Assembly: GCA_022813965.1 (NCBI GenBank)
Contig: JALDZS010000034.1
Coordinates: 62,001 to 126,000, forward strand
Source: Toensbergia leucococca
Lineage: Eukaryota
Direction: 5' to 3'
Length of the DNA stretch: 64,000 bases
This document shows positions 39,862 through 52,163 of the stretch, one piece after another. Made by a program: the position numbers and the translations under genes. The notes beneath the pieces were generated by a model, which was not told the DNA's origin, did not search any database, and saw only the letters and a list, made by a program, of their open reading frames with translations. Every line of letters begins with the position of its first letter. Position 1 is the first letter of the stretch.

Positions 39862-41288
39862 GGTGTCGGCTTGATACTTTAATTATGCCCTGCACGCAGC
39901 AAGCTTTCCAAGGGATTGCCTCGTCAAATAGTTGAAACTAGGCCAAAGGGCTTGTTGCAATCTTTGAACCCCGACGCTGTAGGAAACAGAGACAAGAATA
40001 AGTAGAAGGTACAAAAAAGAACGATTTATTGATGCCTAAAGGCGACGAAGCTTGGACATACCAGAGAAATGCAATGTTGGTGTTCTCATGTCGGGCTCGC
40101 TTAAAGACCCTCGAGGCTAGTCCTGTTGGAGTAAGGTAAGCTTGAGCTAAATACCTAAAGCCAAGCTCCGGTTTCTGTACTCCGTAGCTCGCCCAGGTGC
40201 GCGTCTTCGTCAGTAGGTACGCAGTACAACAATGTCAAGAAGCAATAGAAACGAGACTAGTGATGCCTACCCATAGGTCATCAAATGGCTATTTTCTCCA
40301 GCCCGCTCCTACTGAGATGAGGCAGAAATGGACATCTATTTTGCTCGATTCCTCAATTTAGTTGGACCATCAATTGAACAATGAAGTACCACCGTCTATG
40401 AACTACCTATCATTTCATTCTACGGACGTCGAAAGTGGAATATGGTGTTGCCCAGATTAAGTCCCTGCTATACAGCTGGTCGTGATTATCATCCTCATGT
40501 GCTGCTCTCGTTTGAATATTGCGTTCAATTGGGTGGCAATAACCCTAAACGCTTCTCACATCACAGTGTTCAAATAGAACAAAACTCTTTACCTAATGGT
40601 CATGTTCAAATTTGCATCCCACAGTCTACCACGGATTGTTCTACGAGCTTTTGAGAGCTACCAGATTGAACTGATAATGTCTAGGTATCAGGACATATAG
40701 CTCTATAGCCGACCTCAACATGTGGACGGGGCTGAGAAAAGGAGTGCCTGCTCAATTTATCCTGGAAGGATGACTGTCTGGCATCAACAAAGTCGTCCGT
40801 ATGCTTCAACAAAATCTTCCTGTGTCTAAGCCCTTTGTTGAAGGCGAGGAGGACCAGCATTGAACATGTTTTCGAGGGATTAAGAGAGTAATTGCACTTT
40901 CACGTGTGAGTATCTATATGCTGGCATTGTTATTCAGGCACATGGGAGAAACACTAGTAAGATTTGGTGAGTGTCTTTTGGAAGGTTCTTAGAAGTATTC
41001 TAAACCGACTCTACCTACTAGCCATGATAAATCCCTAAAGTCCTCGCTGTGAGACTTCAGATGTAATGCCTTTGGCACATAACAGAGACTGAATGTTAGT
41101 AATGAGAAACTAGGAGCCCCTTCTAAAACCTATACCGTGGTTTCGAGAGAGCAACTGATCAAAACCAGCTCTCATGCATACAGTATTGATACACTTGTTT
41201 CACACTATCTTCAATATTGTCCACCTTGGTTCTGGTGATTCACTGGCGATAGTGTTAGCGTGGAGCCCTTTTCATTCAAGGAGTTAGA

Positions 41289-42102
41289 CTAACTTGGATA
41301 CCCCGGATTCTTGCTACGATTCCAGCTCTGTTTCCGGGAACTCGGTAACGACAAACCAGCACCAAGGTAGAAGATGACAATGAAAAATTCCATCATTACT
41401 GCCATAAAGCCTTGCACGACCGCACTCCCAGTCTCAAGATTGAAGGTGTTCGAAGCGGTGTAGAAATAGGATAAGACGGAGTAGATCAGTCGGACCAACA
41501 GGAACGGGAGACTGAGTCCTAATGCATACACGAGGCGCCTCTCGACTGGAGCCACGTATCTCATCTTCATGAAAGTGAAAAATGTGATGGCAGTTTGGAC
41601 AGCATAGACTGCTAGGAAGATGATTATCGCGATCTTAGTCTCTTCCTTGCCCTTGGATGTATTGGAAGAGCCGTTCTTTGTTTGTTTTTCGCCGCCAATG
41701 ACGGCGAGAATTAGGGCGACGAGAGTCGGAATATGGCCGAAGACAAACAGCCATTGAGGCAAACCATGGCCTTGCATTGATTCGTGCCTGGGTTTAATTA
41801 GAACGCGGCGGTCTCGCAGGGATAGGATGGACTTGCACTCTTGAAAGCATATTAAGCATAGCTAAGAGCAAGGGGGATAAACCGACGCTACTCAATATCA
41901 ACGAGGTTGTAAGGAGATTGTGGTTGTTCTTTTCTTGTGCCACTAAAAGCAATGCCGATCCAGCAACACGAATTGCGCACAAGGCGCCGATGTAAAGACT
42001 GGCCCTGAACTTGATGACGACCAGTGCAAAAATTGAAAGGAAAAAGGCTGGTACATAGTAGATGAGCTCTGCGATAGCAAGGTCACCGTGAGGAGTGAGC
42101 AT
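41289..42102 (-). CDS. Multi-pass fungal integral membrane protein (RTA1-like/DUF7702-type); intron ~41838-41790
   Basis: LAIAELIYYVP, LCAIRVAG, SSVGLSPLLLA, LSLPFLLVRLIYS, MEFFIVIFYLGAG; about seven hydrophobic segments. Confidence 0.75.
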
Positions 42103-43302
42103 CGTGGACCTTGTCTGAGAGGTTTACTGAGCCACTCCAACAGGTGTAAAGTTGTGTGAATGTTCTTAGGCAAATTTGTCTAGACAAGTTGTAGGTTGGA
42201 ATGGAGATTGAGATAGTGAAGTCAATGTTTGGATTTGTGATACAAAGTGGTGAAGTCAGTGTTTGCTGTAGAACAGCAAACACTGAAGACTCATGAACCA
42301 TGTCTGATATCCGTATAACATCTTTTATATCAGGGTTGTAGGCAGCCCACTATGGTACGGTGTATAACACGTGGTGGCATGAACCCTCGGGCCTGAAACG
42401 ATGCGCACCCCTTGACGTGTACTCTTATTCTACCCAGTGCTTGAGTCCCTGGTAAGTCTTTTCAACGAGTTTCCCAAGCGGACATTTCAGATGACCAATA
42501 CTCTAGAGCCATGACTCTACGACTGCCTCATGACCGAGTGGAGAGCCTCTTTCACTTCATCTTGCAGTAGTAACAAATTGGAGTGGGCCGAACTTCAGCT
42601 TCCCACGATTAATTCCCCGGTGCCTTGGAGGATAGAAGTGATTGAGCGGCTGTAGGTAAGTATTATTCTATAATGCTTCGAGCGCTTTTGACAATTCCGA
42701 ATGGAGCTCAGCTCTTGTCACTGACAATAAGACGGGTAGGACACCGTCACATCCCGCAATCCTACCTCCCCTCAAGCGATGCTACCTTGACCGCAACGAT
42801 CCATGGTAAGTCGGCTAACAAGTAACAACAGTCAACAGACCTCAGGAAGTATGACGTTCGTCCATTATTACATGTCGCAATAATTTGACCGACATACGGA
42901 GTGAGTATTATCGGAATGGGGGGCTACAATGCCACAGACCCCCTCCATCACATTCAGCCACTTTCCTGAAGCTGGAATTCAATGGGTGACTTAGGGTTTA
43001 GACCCGGGGTTTCTATTACTAAGTTGATGGTAATCTTTGAAAATACAGGTCAAGCTTGGATTGGTTTGGTTTGTCATCTGGCAAGAGTCGCTGAAGATGC
43101 AGGTTTGTGCAATACAAACGACCATAGGCAGTCGTCACGAGCAGCATGGCCTCACGTTGCTATTGCTTGAAAGAACGGCTAGCGGGGTTTTTGAAATGTT
43201 CAGCGCCTGGATGATACTGAAATGTGAGAGCCTCATGGTTTAAGAGGTGGGAACGGTATTAGGAACCTTACTTACTCAGTAGCGGTCTGTGATTCAGAAC
43301 AT

Positions 43303-43484
43303 GAAGCTATCCTAAAGTAGTAATCAACGTTGGCAAAAAGCATATTAAGCACTTGGCGGTTCCAGACCTTAAAGCTATCCAAAAGTAGTAATCAAAATCG
43401 GCAAAAGGATGTTAGGCACTTGGCGGTCTACGATGTGCTTTCAAACCTTGAAGCTATCCTAAAGTAGTAATCAAAGTCGGCAAA
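43303..43484. repeat. Three imperfect tandem copies of a ~70-80 bp unit
   Basis: AAGCTATCC(T/A)AAAGTAGTAATCAA...GGCAAA at ~43303, ~43371 and ~43450. Copies 1 and 2 also share GCACTTGGCGGT. Confidence 0.88.
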
Positions 43485-43736
43485 GTAGTAGTGGTAACAT
43501 GACAATGTATCGATACTCGTCCAACAATGATTACTATGATCCCCCGCATCACCATGAGGGTCCGAGGTCGCGTGAGGTGGCTGAGGTGAGACATGGGTGT
43601 GGACGGGGTTAAGGTAGTAACTTTGGGTGTAGGTACCCTCAATATTCCATCGGGCATTTTCCTCGACGTCTAGATATTCTCAGCAAAGCTCTTATATTCA
43701 GACAAAAACCGCATACCACTTTGACTCCAATACAAA

Positions 43737-45583
43737 ATGGTATTCTGTGGCAAGCCCTCAAAGGGCTGTCAAACTTGCAGGAACCGTCGAATCAAGGTTG
43801 GTCTCACAAGGCAAATCGATCTACGAAATATCGCTGACGTTTCCTTTCCGGGACTAATAAGTGTGATGAAGGACGACCGACCTGCTTTCAGTGTACAAAG
43901 TCGAAAAGAGTTTGCCTGGGCTACAGAGATGAGGTCGACGTTATGTTTCGAGATGAAAGTGCGGCAACAGAACGTAGGGCTATACGGAGCAACAAAGGTC
44001 GCATGACAAATTCAGACTCCAAAAGGCCCGAGAAGTCCGCTGAACCGTCAGTTCTTTCAGTCCTTTCCGGTTCCAGCACAAATCGGGTTACAAATCCACC
44101 AGCAAAAGGGGCGACAAAGATGGGCTCGTCTACCACTCTGGCGGTGCGCTCCGGGTTGGGCGTGGACAGGCCAGGACTCTATGATCCTCCACCCAACTCT
44201 ATCGCCTCAGTGCCCATGACCCTTGCACAGAGTTTCGAGCAAGAAGCAATGGCCTACTTCTTTTCAAGATTTGTTCTTCCTCCAAGTGATCTCGATGCGC
44301 CCAAAGGTTATATGGAGTTCCTTCTCCCCTTGTATAACGAAGCCAAGGTAGAGTCTACGTTATCGGCAACAACAGCAGCAATCGCACTCGCAGCGTTTGG
44401 AAATGCACGGGGCCAGGAGAGTTTATTATACGAAGCTAGAAAGATGTACAGCTCGGCCATAGCAAAAGCTAATGCTGCCATATCCGATCCTGTGCAAGCC
44501 AGAAGTAACCAAACTCTCATGTCTATATTGCTATTTGGTTTATTTGAGACCATTGCATGCATTCCAGAGACCATGTCGAGCTGGGGCAGACATACGGACG
44601 GTGCTATTGCACTGGCTAGGCTACGTGGTAAAGAGATGCTCAATAATCCTATATCATTTCGATTGTTCTGCGCTGTCCGAAATCAGATGGTCATTTCATA
44701 TACTACTAAGTGTCGACCGATTCCCTTGTTACATGGTAAAAGTAGCGACTGGACCAGCATACCAACAGGGCAAAGTGAAAGTGCTGCCAACAGGTTATGG
44801 AGACTTTTGATTCAAGTACCTGGCATCCGCGCAGAAGCAAAAAGAGTATTGAAGGGCCCGAAAAATGAACAGACAGCCGGGCAGATTTCCGATCTGCTGC
44901 ACAAGGCCATGATGTTGGATAGCCAAATAGCAGGATGGTCATCTACGGTACCAGTGCCATGGATTTACACTCCTGTGGGTCGAGTTGAGGGCGACCTTGA
45001 GAACCCTGAGAATGCAGAAGCGTACCCCGGTCCAATCGACGGATACTGCGACATCTGGGTATCTACGGTATGGAACAATTATCGTGGATGTCGTATCTTT
45101 GTTCAAGCGATTGCGCTTAGTTGCGTCAAGAGACTTGTACCCGAGTGCAAAGAGTCTATTGAGTATCACCGTGCCGCCATAACGCTCCAGCAACTAGTTA
45201 GCGGTATTTGTGCGAGCGTCCCGTATAATATGGGTTATAGACCGTCAATGCAGCAGGATCCTAATACAGTATTTCGTCATGACGCTAAACTGCCAGATTG
45301 TATCTTTAATTCCGCAGACAGCGATAATGCGGCCCAAGCACTCGGAGGATATTTCCTGCTCTGGCCACTGTGGATCGCAGGTAGCGTATACTGTGTGCCA
45401 GAAGTTCAAAGACGGTGGCTCAGAGGCCGGCTGGCTTCGATCGGAAAAAGGTATGGAATCAACCAAGCTACTCTTCTTTCGCGGATTGATATGCATGTGA
45501 TGACCAAAACGCCTGGCCAAAAAGAGATCAAGACAATTAGCCAATATTCAGACGCTCCGTTGAGTCAATATACGACTGCTTAA
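43737..45583 (+). CDS. Zn(II)2Cys6 transcription factor with fungal-specific C-terminal domain; intron ~43797-43861
   Basis: MVFCGKPSKGCQTCRNRRIK|CDEGRPTCFQCTKSKRVCLGY; W..HTDGA..L.RLRG; WNNYR; ICASVPY; GGYFLLWPL. Confidence 0.92.
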
Positions 45584-47344
45584 GGTCTATGCGGCACCTT
45601 GAGCCAATATACAATATATATCAGAACTGCCTCAGCTTCGCGCCCAGACGCGCCTCCCACTACAGATCAAGCTTCTTGCAGGTCCATCATTGCAGGGACT
45701 GCCGCTCCAAAAAAAAAGTACCTATGCTGGCCACAATGCATTTGTGAAAGTTTCACCTCTACTGATTCACCGACCATCGACTCTGTGCCGAATAAACCAA
45801 AAACGGCGTGTCAACTAGACCGACAGATTCACGTGTAGGATTACAGGTATGACACGATTCGTTCTCACGCTAAATTTTCTCAGCTCATGAAGCCATCCGT
45901 GGGATGTTGAAATCCAGCGCGATAGCTCGATTGCGGGTGCTAAAACGCTCGGTCAGGGAATAGGCAATATACCGCCAGCTTGCTAGCCCGGTCAGGAAAA
46001 GGTCGTGCTCAAACGGGCCATCAGGCGTATGTCGATATTGTACGGTATTAGAGATGGGTGGGCAGGTCCGCTTTTGAGACAGACTGAAGCGTATTCTATG
46101 ATGGATATCAAAAGCGCGACTGAGGTCGTCTTGCTAAGATTCGACATTGGACCAGACTGAATGGTAAATTGATTTAGCCAGAGTTTTCATTCCCACGCTG
46201 AGATTCTCAGAGGTGATGGTCATGAGAAATATTAGTAGTGATAGGAAGAGCATGGGAAGAACAAAAACAGGGTTGATTAATCCAATGCGTTCAATCAGGT
46301 TGGCATGAAACAAGGTGTATGCCTAAAGTGCTTTGATAGTTCTTAATCCCTCTCAGTGGAATAATGATTTTCAGAAGCTTGGGAGAATTCGCCTTGGTTG
46401 GGAAATCGATAGCTACCTACGTATTTAGGCGGAGCTTGTCTCGATGCCCAAAGTGTTGTTACTTTTAACAAGAGACACGCTCTACGTGTCCAAGTTAGCA
46501 TTTCTCCATGTTACCCATTGCCTTAGGTGGAAGCTGATAGGGCATCGAGGAGGTCGGGATGAAGAAGGCCGAGGTCTCGGTAAAGTGCGGGAAGAGGGAA
46601 GAGCCGGAGCCGAAAAGATTAAAATTAATTGAAGATAAATGTGCACCTTTGAGACACTTTCAATGCCAATCCATTTCCGTCTCTCGAAGCCTTTATTGGA
46701 CTGATCACTTTCTTGACAGCCTCACGTCTTACTACTGCGCTTGCAGATGCCTTCATCATGAGGCCCTCTGCTCTCTGCTTTCTGCTTTGTGCTGTGTGGA
46801 GCCTGTCATGAATTATGCCGTCATGACCCCTGAAGCATGCGTTATTGGGCACCAATGTGAGATCTAACATATGCAAGCAAACGTCCTAGAGAAGCAAGGC
46901 ACCATTCGGAAAGCAGACTCTTGTGCTTCTAGCCAATGCTGAACATTGCTGATAAGTCCTATGCGAAGCAACCAATCCAGTCTCGGCTGCATGCTTCACA
47001 CGAGATCAATTGGCCAGTCCTCCATCTGCTACTTGACGTGGCTCCAATTGCCTCTGTCCGAGAGTATCATTGGCCGCTCTCAGCATGGGACTTGGAACAA
47101 GAAAGAGAGAAGAGGGTGCAGTAATGTCCATTCTCTTTCGTCTTCTTGCTCCCATGGCTTGCGGAAGCTTGCGACATTTGCTGCCTTTCATTCTCCTTTA
47201 TCGGATGTTACACTAGGCACTCGTGTCCGGGGAGACGTTGCTTACAGTTATCTGACTTCCTTCTTGTGACCCCATTCCGATTCCGTCTTTCATTCGCCCG
47301 AACCCCTCCTTTCCTCGCCGTCCAATTGACTTTTGCATTTCAAC

Positions 47345-50300
47345 ATGGGTAAAAAGCATAAGAGGCAGTTTGTCCCGTTAGGGGATGACTTCACAACCTT
47401 TGCCCACCATGACGGATCAGTATGGCTATGCTAAGCTTCCTGTATTCTCATACCAAACTTTTGACCGTCGTAAGCTGCAGTTTACGAACATTCCTTGCTT
47501 CACCCCACCACCGCCTCCGCCACCAGCGACACCACCAGCTCTAGATATCCTTGACCCAGTCGAAGAGCCAAAGCCTGAAAATGGAGAATCTCCTAATGAT
47601 GATGTAGCCAAGACTGAGACGGGTTTGCCCCTTGATTGTTATGACCATAGACCTTACTAATATCTTGATTCAAGCTCCTCCTCCAGATGAAATTACCAGT
47701 GCAGAGGACAGTAATTTACCGGAGCCACCTGCGGATGGCGGGGATGCGGGCGGTGTTAGACCTGAAGGTGCCGATGCAGGCCAAACACAAACACCACCCG
47801 AAGCAACAGAATCAGATGCACCTGTCGATAGTGCTACTGTTGATGAAAGTGGCCAGGAGCCAAAGGAAGCTGAGTTTCCTCCTATTGATCCTAGCGCTGG
47901 GATCGATATCGATGCAGGAGATAAGACGGCCAAGGAAGCGGTAGGCTTTGACGCCATGATGAAATACACCTGAACGGCGGAGAAAGCTAACGGTTTTCAG
48001 GAAGAGGTCGTAGCCTCTGATGAGCCGACTCCTGCTGCTCCGGAACCCCCTGTAGCTGAGCCTCAGGCGGAGAGTCAAGAAAAGCAGGAAGAGTCAACAC
48101 CACCAAGTGACAACAATACCGTCCCCCCAGAGGCTCCCACGGTCCCGAAAGCTTCTTCAACTGACAAGTCGAAGTCAAACAAATCTAAAAAGCTTAAAGG
48201 AATAACGCGCCCTTCAACGAGGAAGAAGACAGAGAAGTCCAAGAAAGAGAAAGGAAAAGAAAAGTCAAATCCTGCCTCAGCGTCTGAACCTCCAAAAGAG
48301 GCTGCCGCATCGGAGCCTCCTGTATCAGAGCTAGTTCCGCCCGAGCCCACTGCTTCAGAACCAGATGCACCCGAGCCCGCTACTTCAGAGCCCGCCGTAC
48401 CCGAGCCTGCTGTACCCGAGCCTGCTGCTTCAGAGCCCGCTTCACCTGAGCCTGCTGCTTCAGAGCCCGCTGCACCCGAGCCTCCTACTGCAGATTCCGC
48501 TGCACCCGAGCCTGATGCTTCAGAGTCTACTGTGCCCGAGCCCACAGCACCTGAACCCGTCGCCTCAGAGCCGGGCGACATCGAACCTGCTACACCAGAA
48601 ACAACCCCACCTAAGCCGTCTGTATCGGAAAGTTCGCCAAATGAGCCAATTGCATCAGAGCCTCCCGTAGGAGAATCAGCTTCAGATGCAAAAATTGAGT
48701 CTAGTGAAACACCTTCAGATGGTGCGGAATCTGCGCCAGCTGTTCTTGAGCTAGATACACCCGAACCGGCCGCAGCACTAATAGAGCTTGCTGAATCCCA
48801 GGGAGCTGCAGTAGTTGCAGCAGAGGAGACTCCGGTAGATACCGCAAAACCATCAGATTCAAGTAACGAGGAACAGAGTGAGACCCCAGTAGAGAAAGAG
48901 CAACTAGTAGAGGACGTAACACCGGAGCCTAAATCCGAAGAACTAGAAGCCGCTGAGAAAGTAGAATCTGTCGAGGAAATTGCAAGCGCAGAGCCTGAGG
49001 AGAATTTAGTATCTGAAAACAAGGAGGTTATCGAAGCAGCCGAAGTGCCTGTGCTAGCAAAAGAGTCCACACCCGCTGAAGAGCCTGCACACGCTGAAGA
49101 GCCTGCGCCCGCCGAAGAGCCTGTGCCAACAGAGGAATCTGCACCGGCTGCAGAGCCTGTATCGGCAGAAGAGCCTACACCGGCTGAGGAGCCTACATCA
49201 GCAGAAGAGTCTGCACCCGCCGAAGTATCTGCGCCCGCCGAAGAGCCTGCACCCGCCGAAGAGCCTGCACCCGCCGAAGAGCCTGCACCCGCCGAAGAGC
49301 CTGCACACGCCGAAGAGCCTGCACCCGTGGAGAAGTCTGCACTGGTGGAAGAGCCTGCTCCCGTTGAAGAGTCTACACCAGCAGAAGAGCCTGCACACAT
49401 CGAAGAGCCTGCTCCAGTAGAAGAGCCTGCACGCGTGGAAAAGCCTGCACGCGTGGAAGAGCCTGCTCCCGCTGAAGTGCCTGTGCCAGCAGAAGTGGCG
49501 GCAACAGCAGAAGAGCCTGCTCCCGTCGAAGAGTCTACACCAGCAGAAGAGCCTGCACACATCGAAGAGCCTGTACCAGTAGAAGAGCCTGCAACAGCAG
49601 AAAAAGCCGTGCCAGCAGAAGAGCCTGCACCCGCCGAAGAGCCTGTACCAGCAGAAGAGCCTACTCCCGCCGAAGAGCCTGTTCCAGCAGAAGTACCGGC
49701 ACCAGCAGAAGAGCCTACTCCTGCCGAGGAGCCTACCCCAGCCGCCGAGGCCTCTTCTGCCCGTTCCGCCGTTGCAGATGATCCCATTGTCACTGATTTT
49801 GCCCGGGTACACGAAGCACCACCCTCACCTTCTAGTACTTCCAAGCCCCGACGCCGTCGAACAGGCTGGGAGCGTGAACGAAGATATAGCAAAGGCTCAA
49901 GTAAAAGCGGCGATACTGCCCGTCCTGAACGGAAGTTGCGGGAGAGTGACACGAGTGCGCCTTCCGCTAAGCTAATGAGTGTTACGGCTGGAGAAAGCAA
50001 GGACAAAAGATCTTCAAAGGCTGAAGATGGGGGAAGGCCGCGATCAGGGGTGGTAAAGGATAATGGACGGAGTAAGAGTTTCAGGGATCCAGTCGAGAGG
50101 AAGGAACCGGCTGATAGGAGGCTTGTGCGTCCAAAGTTATTTGACATTATCAAGGCAGAGAGCGACACACGAGTTCCATTTTGGATTAACGCGGCGAGGG
50201 GGATGGATAAGGCTGAGAAGAGACCGGGACCTAGTCGGCAGGGATCTTCGATGTCAGGGAGTGGGAGGAGGGGTGACGTGGACCGGGAGAAGAGAATGAA

Positions 50301-50775
50301 GGATAAAATCGTCATTGAGGAAGAGGAGGATGCGAGGCGGGTACGGCGTGAGGAGAGGAGACGAGCGCGAGAAGAAGAGGAGGAGGAAGCGAGGAGAATT
50401 CGGAGGGAGAGGAGAGCGGACGGGGAGGCTAGGCTTCGGCAGGAGGAAGAAACGAGGAGAGTGCGGAGGGAGGAGAGGAAGCGGGAGTTGGAGGAGGAAG
50501 ATGAAAGGATTAGAGTTGAGGAGGAGGCGAGGAAGGTGAGGAGGGAAGAGAGGCGGAGGAGGAGGGAGGAGGAGGAGGAGAGATTAGAACGGGAGGCTGT
50601 GGTTGGGAGGACGAGGGATTTGGGGAAGCAGAGGGAGAGAGATGGGGATGGGGGAAGGGAGAGAGATGGAAGGAGGGGGAGAGAGAGGAGGTATCGGGAT
50701 GAGAGGAGTCCGGTTCCGGCGGTCAAGATTAAGAATGCGGCTGTTGAGGGGTGGAGGAGGCTTTTCGCTTCCTGA
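47345..50775 (+). CDS. Large low-complexity Glu/Pro/Ala-repeat protein with Arg/Glu-rich charged C-terminus; 5' exon structure uncertain, introns ~47623-47673 and ~47941-48000
   Basis: GT..CTAAY..AG introns link Pro-rich ORFs to a long exon (48001-50775) containing EP repeats and an ER-rich helix, ending WRRLFAS*. Confidence 0.72.
48340..49745 (+). repeat. Coding minisatellites: 15-nt unit (EPAAS/EPAAP, ~48340-48570) and 18-nt unit (EEPAPA, ~49070-49745)
   Basis: Repeated GAGCCTGCTGCTTCA and GCCGAAGAGCCTGCACCC units. Confidence 0.9.
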
Positions 50776-52163
50776 GGGTGTGGAGAGTTATGAAGGGGTT
50801 GTTTTTTTTTTTTTTTTTGAAAGCTTGGATTTTTGTACACGAGTGTGTAGATTATGCGTCTGTCCCTGCAAGAACGGGGTTGCTGTACAAAGTGGGGTTT
50901 TTCTCTCGACGAGTTCATGGTTTCGGACTTTTGCGGGTCGGTACTCTATCCTACGGCTTTTATAGTTGGTGGCAAACCCGGGTCTTACCTTTTTGCTTCT
51001 TTCTCTTCTTGCTTCTTCTTCATTCTTCCTCTCTTTCATTCTTCTACCATTCATACCTAATTCAATTCCTCGTTCCGAGAATTTCTACCGGGGTTGTGCA
51101 TTGAGAAAAATTGGTTGTGCAGATATATGCTGAGCTTTTGATAGGTTGGGATTATCGGATTTCTTTGGACGAGATGGGGGTGTCTCTGTCATACAGCCCA
51201 CCTCCCCCCCCTTGTTTTTTTCCTTTTCCCTTTTCTACTTTCCCCCATTTCTTCAAGCACATGTCTCATCTGTTACCTTTTTTTCTTTTTCCGCGTCTGG
51301 GGAATCAGGTTTGTTTTTTTCAAGGGGGCTTTTTGGTTTGGGTTTGTGAGGAGGGGGATTGAGGGCTGGTGGTGAAGATGGTGGAGGAGAGGGTGGGGGA
51401 TGGGTTGATTAGATGGTAGAGGAGAGGCAACGGGGGGCGGGGAGATATTTCGGCGGAAAGCGGGGTGTGTGTTTGTGGTGGTGGTGGTCAGGAGATTTTG
51501 ATTTGGGGGAGGAGGGGGGCATGGGGGTTTTTTTTGACGGGTTCGGTTTTTGTGGGGGAATGAAATATAGTGCAGGGAGGAAAGTGGAGGGAGGGGCTGG
51601 GCGTGGAGGTCAGTGGGATGGAGTGCAAAATGAGTGGGATGGAGTGGAGATTTGGGGGAGGGGGTTGGGGTTTTGGGGTTTGCGAGGGGTGGGTTTTGGG
51701 AATGGAGAGGAAGAGCGTTTTTGTGTTGAGAGGGGAGTCGGAGATAGGAGTCACGGGCGAGGGCGAGGGTGAGGGCTTTTTGGGGTAGGTTTTGCGAGTT
51801 GAGTTGGTGCTTGAGTTGGTTGGGTTGGTGTTGGGGTTGGGTGTTGTGACAGAACAGTGTTGATGACGGTTGATTCTATGACTAGCGAAGAGAACTGCTA
51901 CTTATGTATGCTCGCTGAGCATATAGGGCTGAAGAAGTGTATCTGCCAACAGTGAGTAAGGTGGTGTGAGGGGAGGTGGGTTGTTTGATTGTTTGGCTGG
52001 GTATTTTTGCTGTTGTCTCAAAAAAAAGGGGGGTTGAACGACGCGAATTCTTGATCTTTCTTGGTTTCCGGAAAGGCAGCCCTCCTTTCCCAACTAGGTA
52101 TCTATTGCTACTCACTCCCCAAACTCGACCAAAACGCCAGGCCCCCCCCCCCTCAAAACACCA

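Noticed and set aside
43303..43484. Repeat as a CRISPR array
   Set aside because: Eukaryotic context, only three degenerate copies, the intervening sequences are homologous to each other, and there are no cas genes.
49070..49745. EEPAPA array as a fungal RiPP (dikaritin) precursor or CRISPR-like array
   Set aside because: No signal peptide, no KR cleavage sites, no DUF3328 neighbour and no unique spacers. It is an in-frame minisatellite.
48075..50918. 947-aa antisense ORF rich in AGSS repeats
   Set aside because: It is the shadow of the EEPAPA and E/R repeats. The + strand has the splice signals and gene-like structure.
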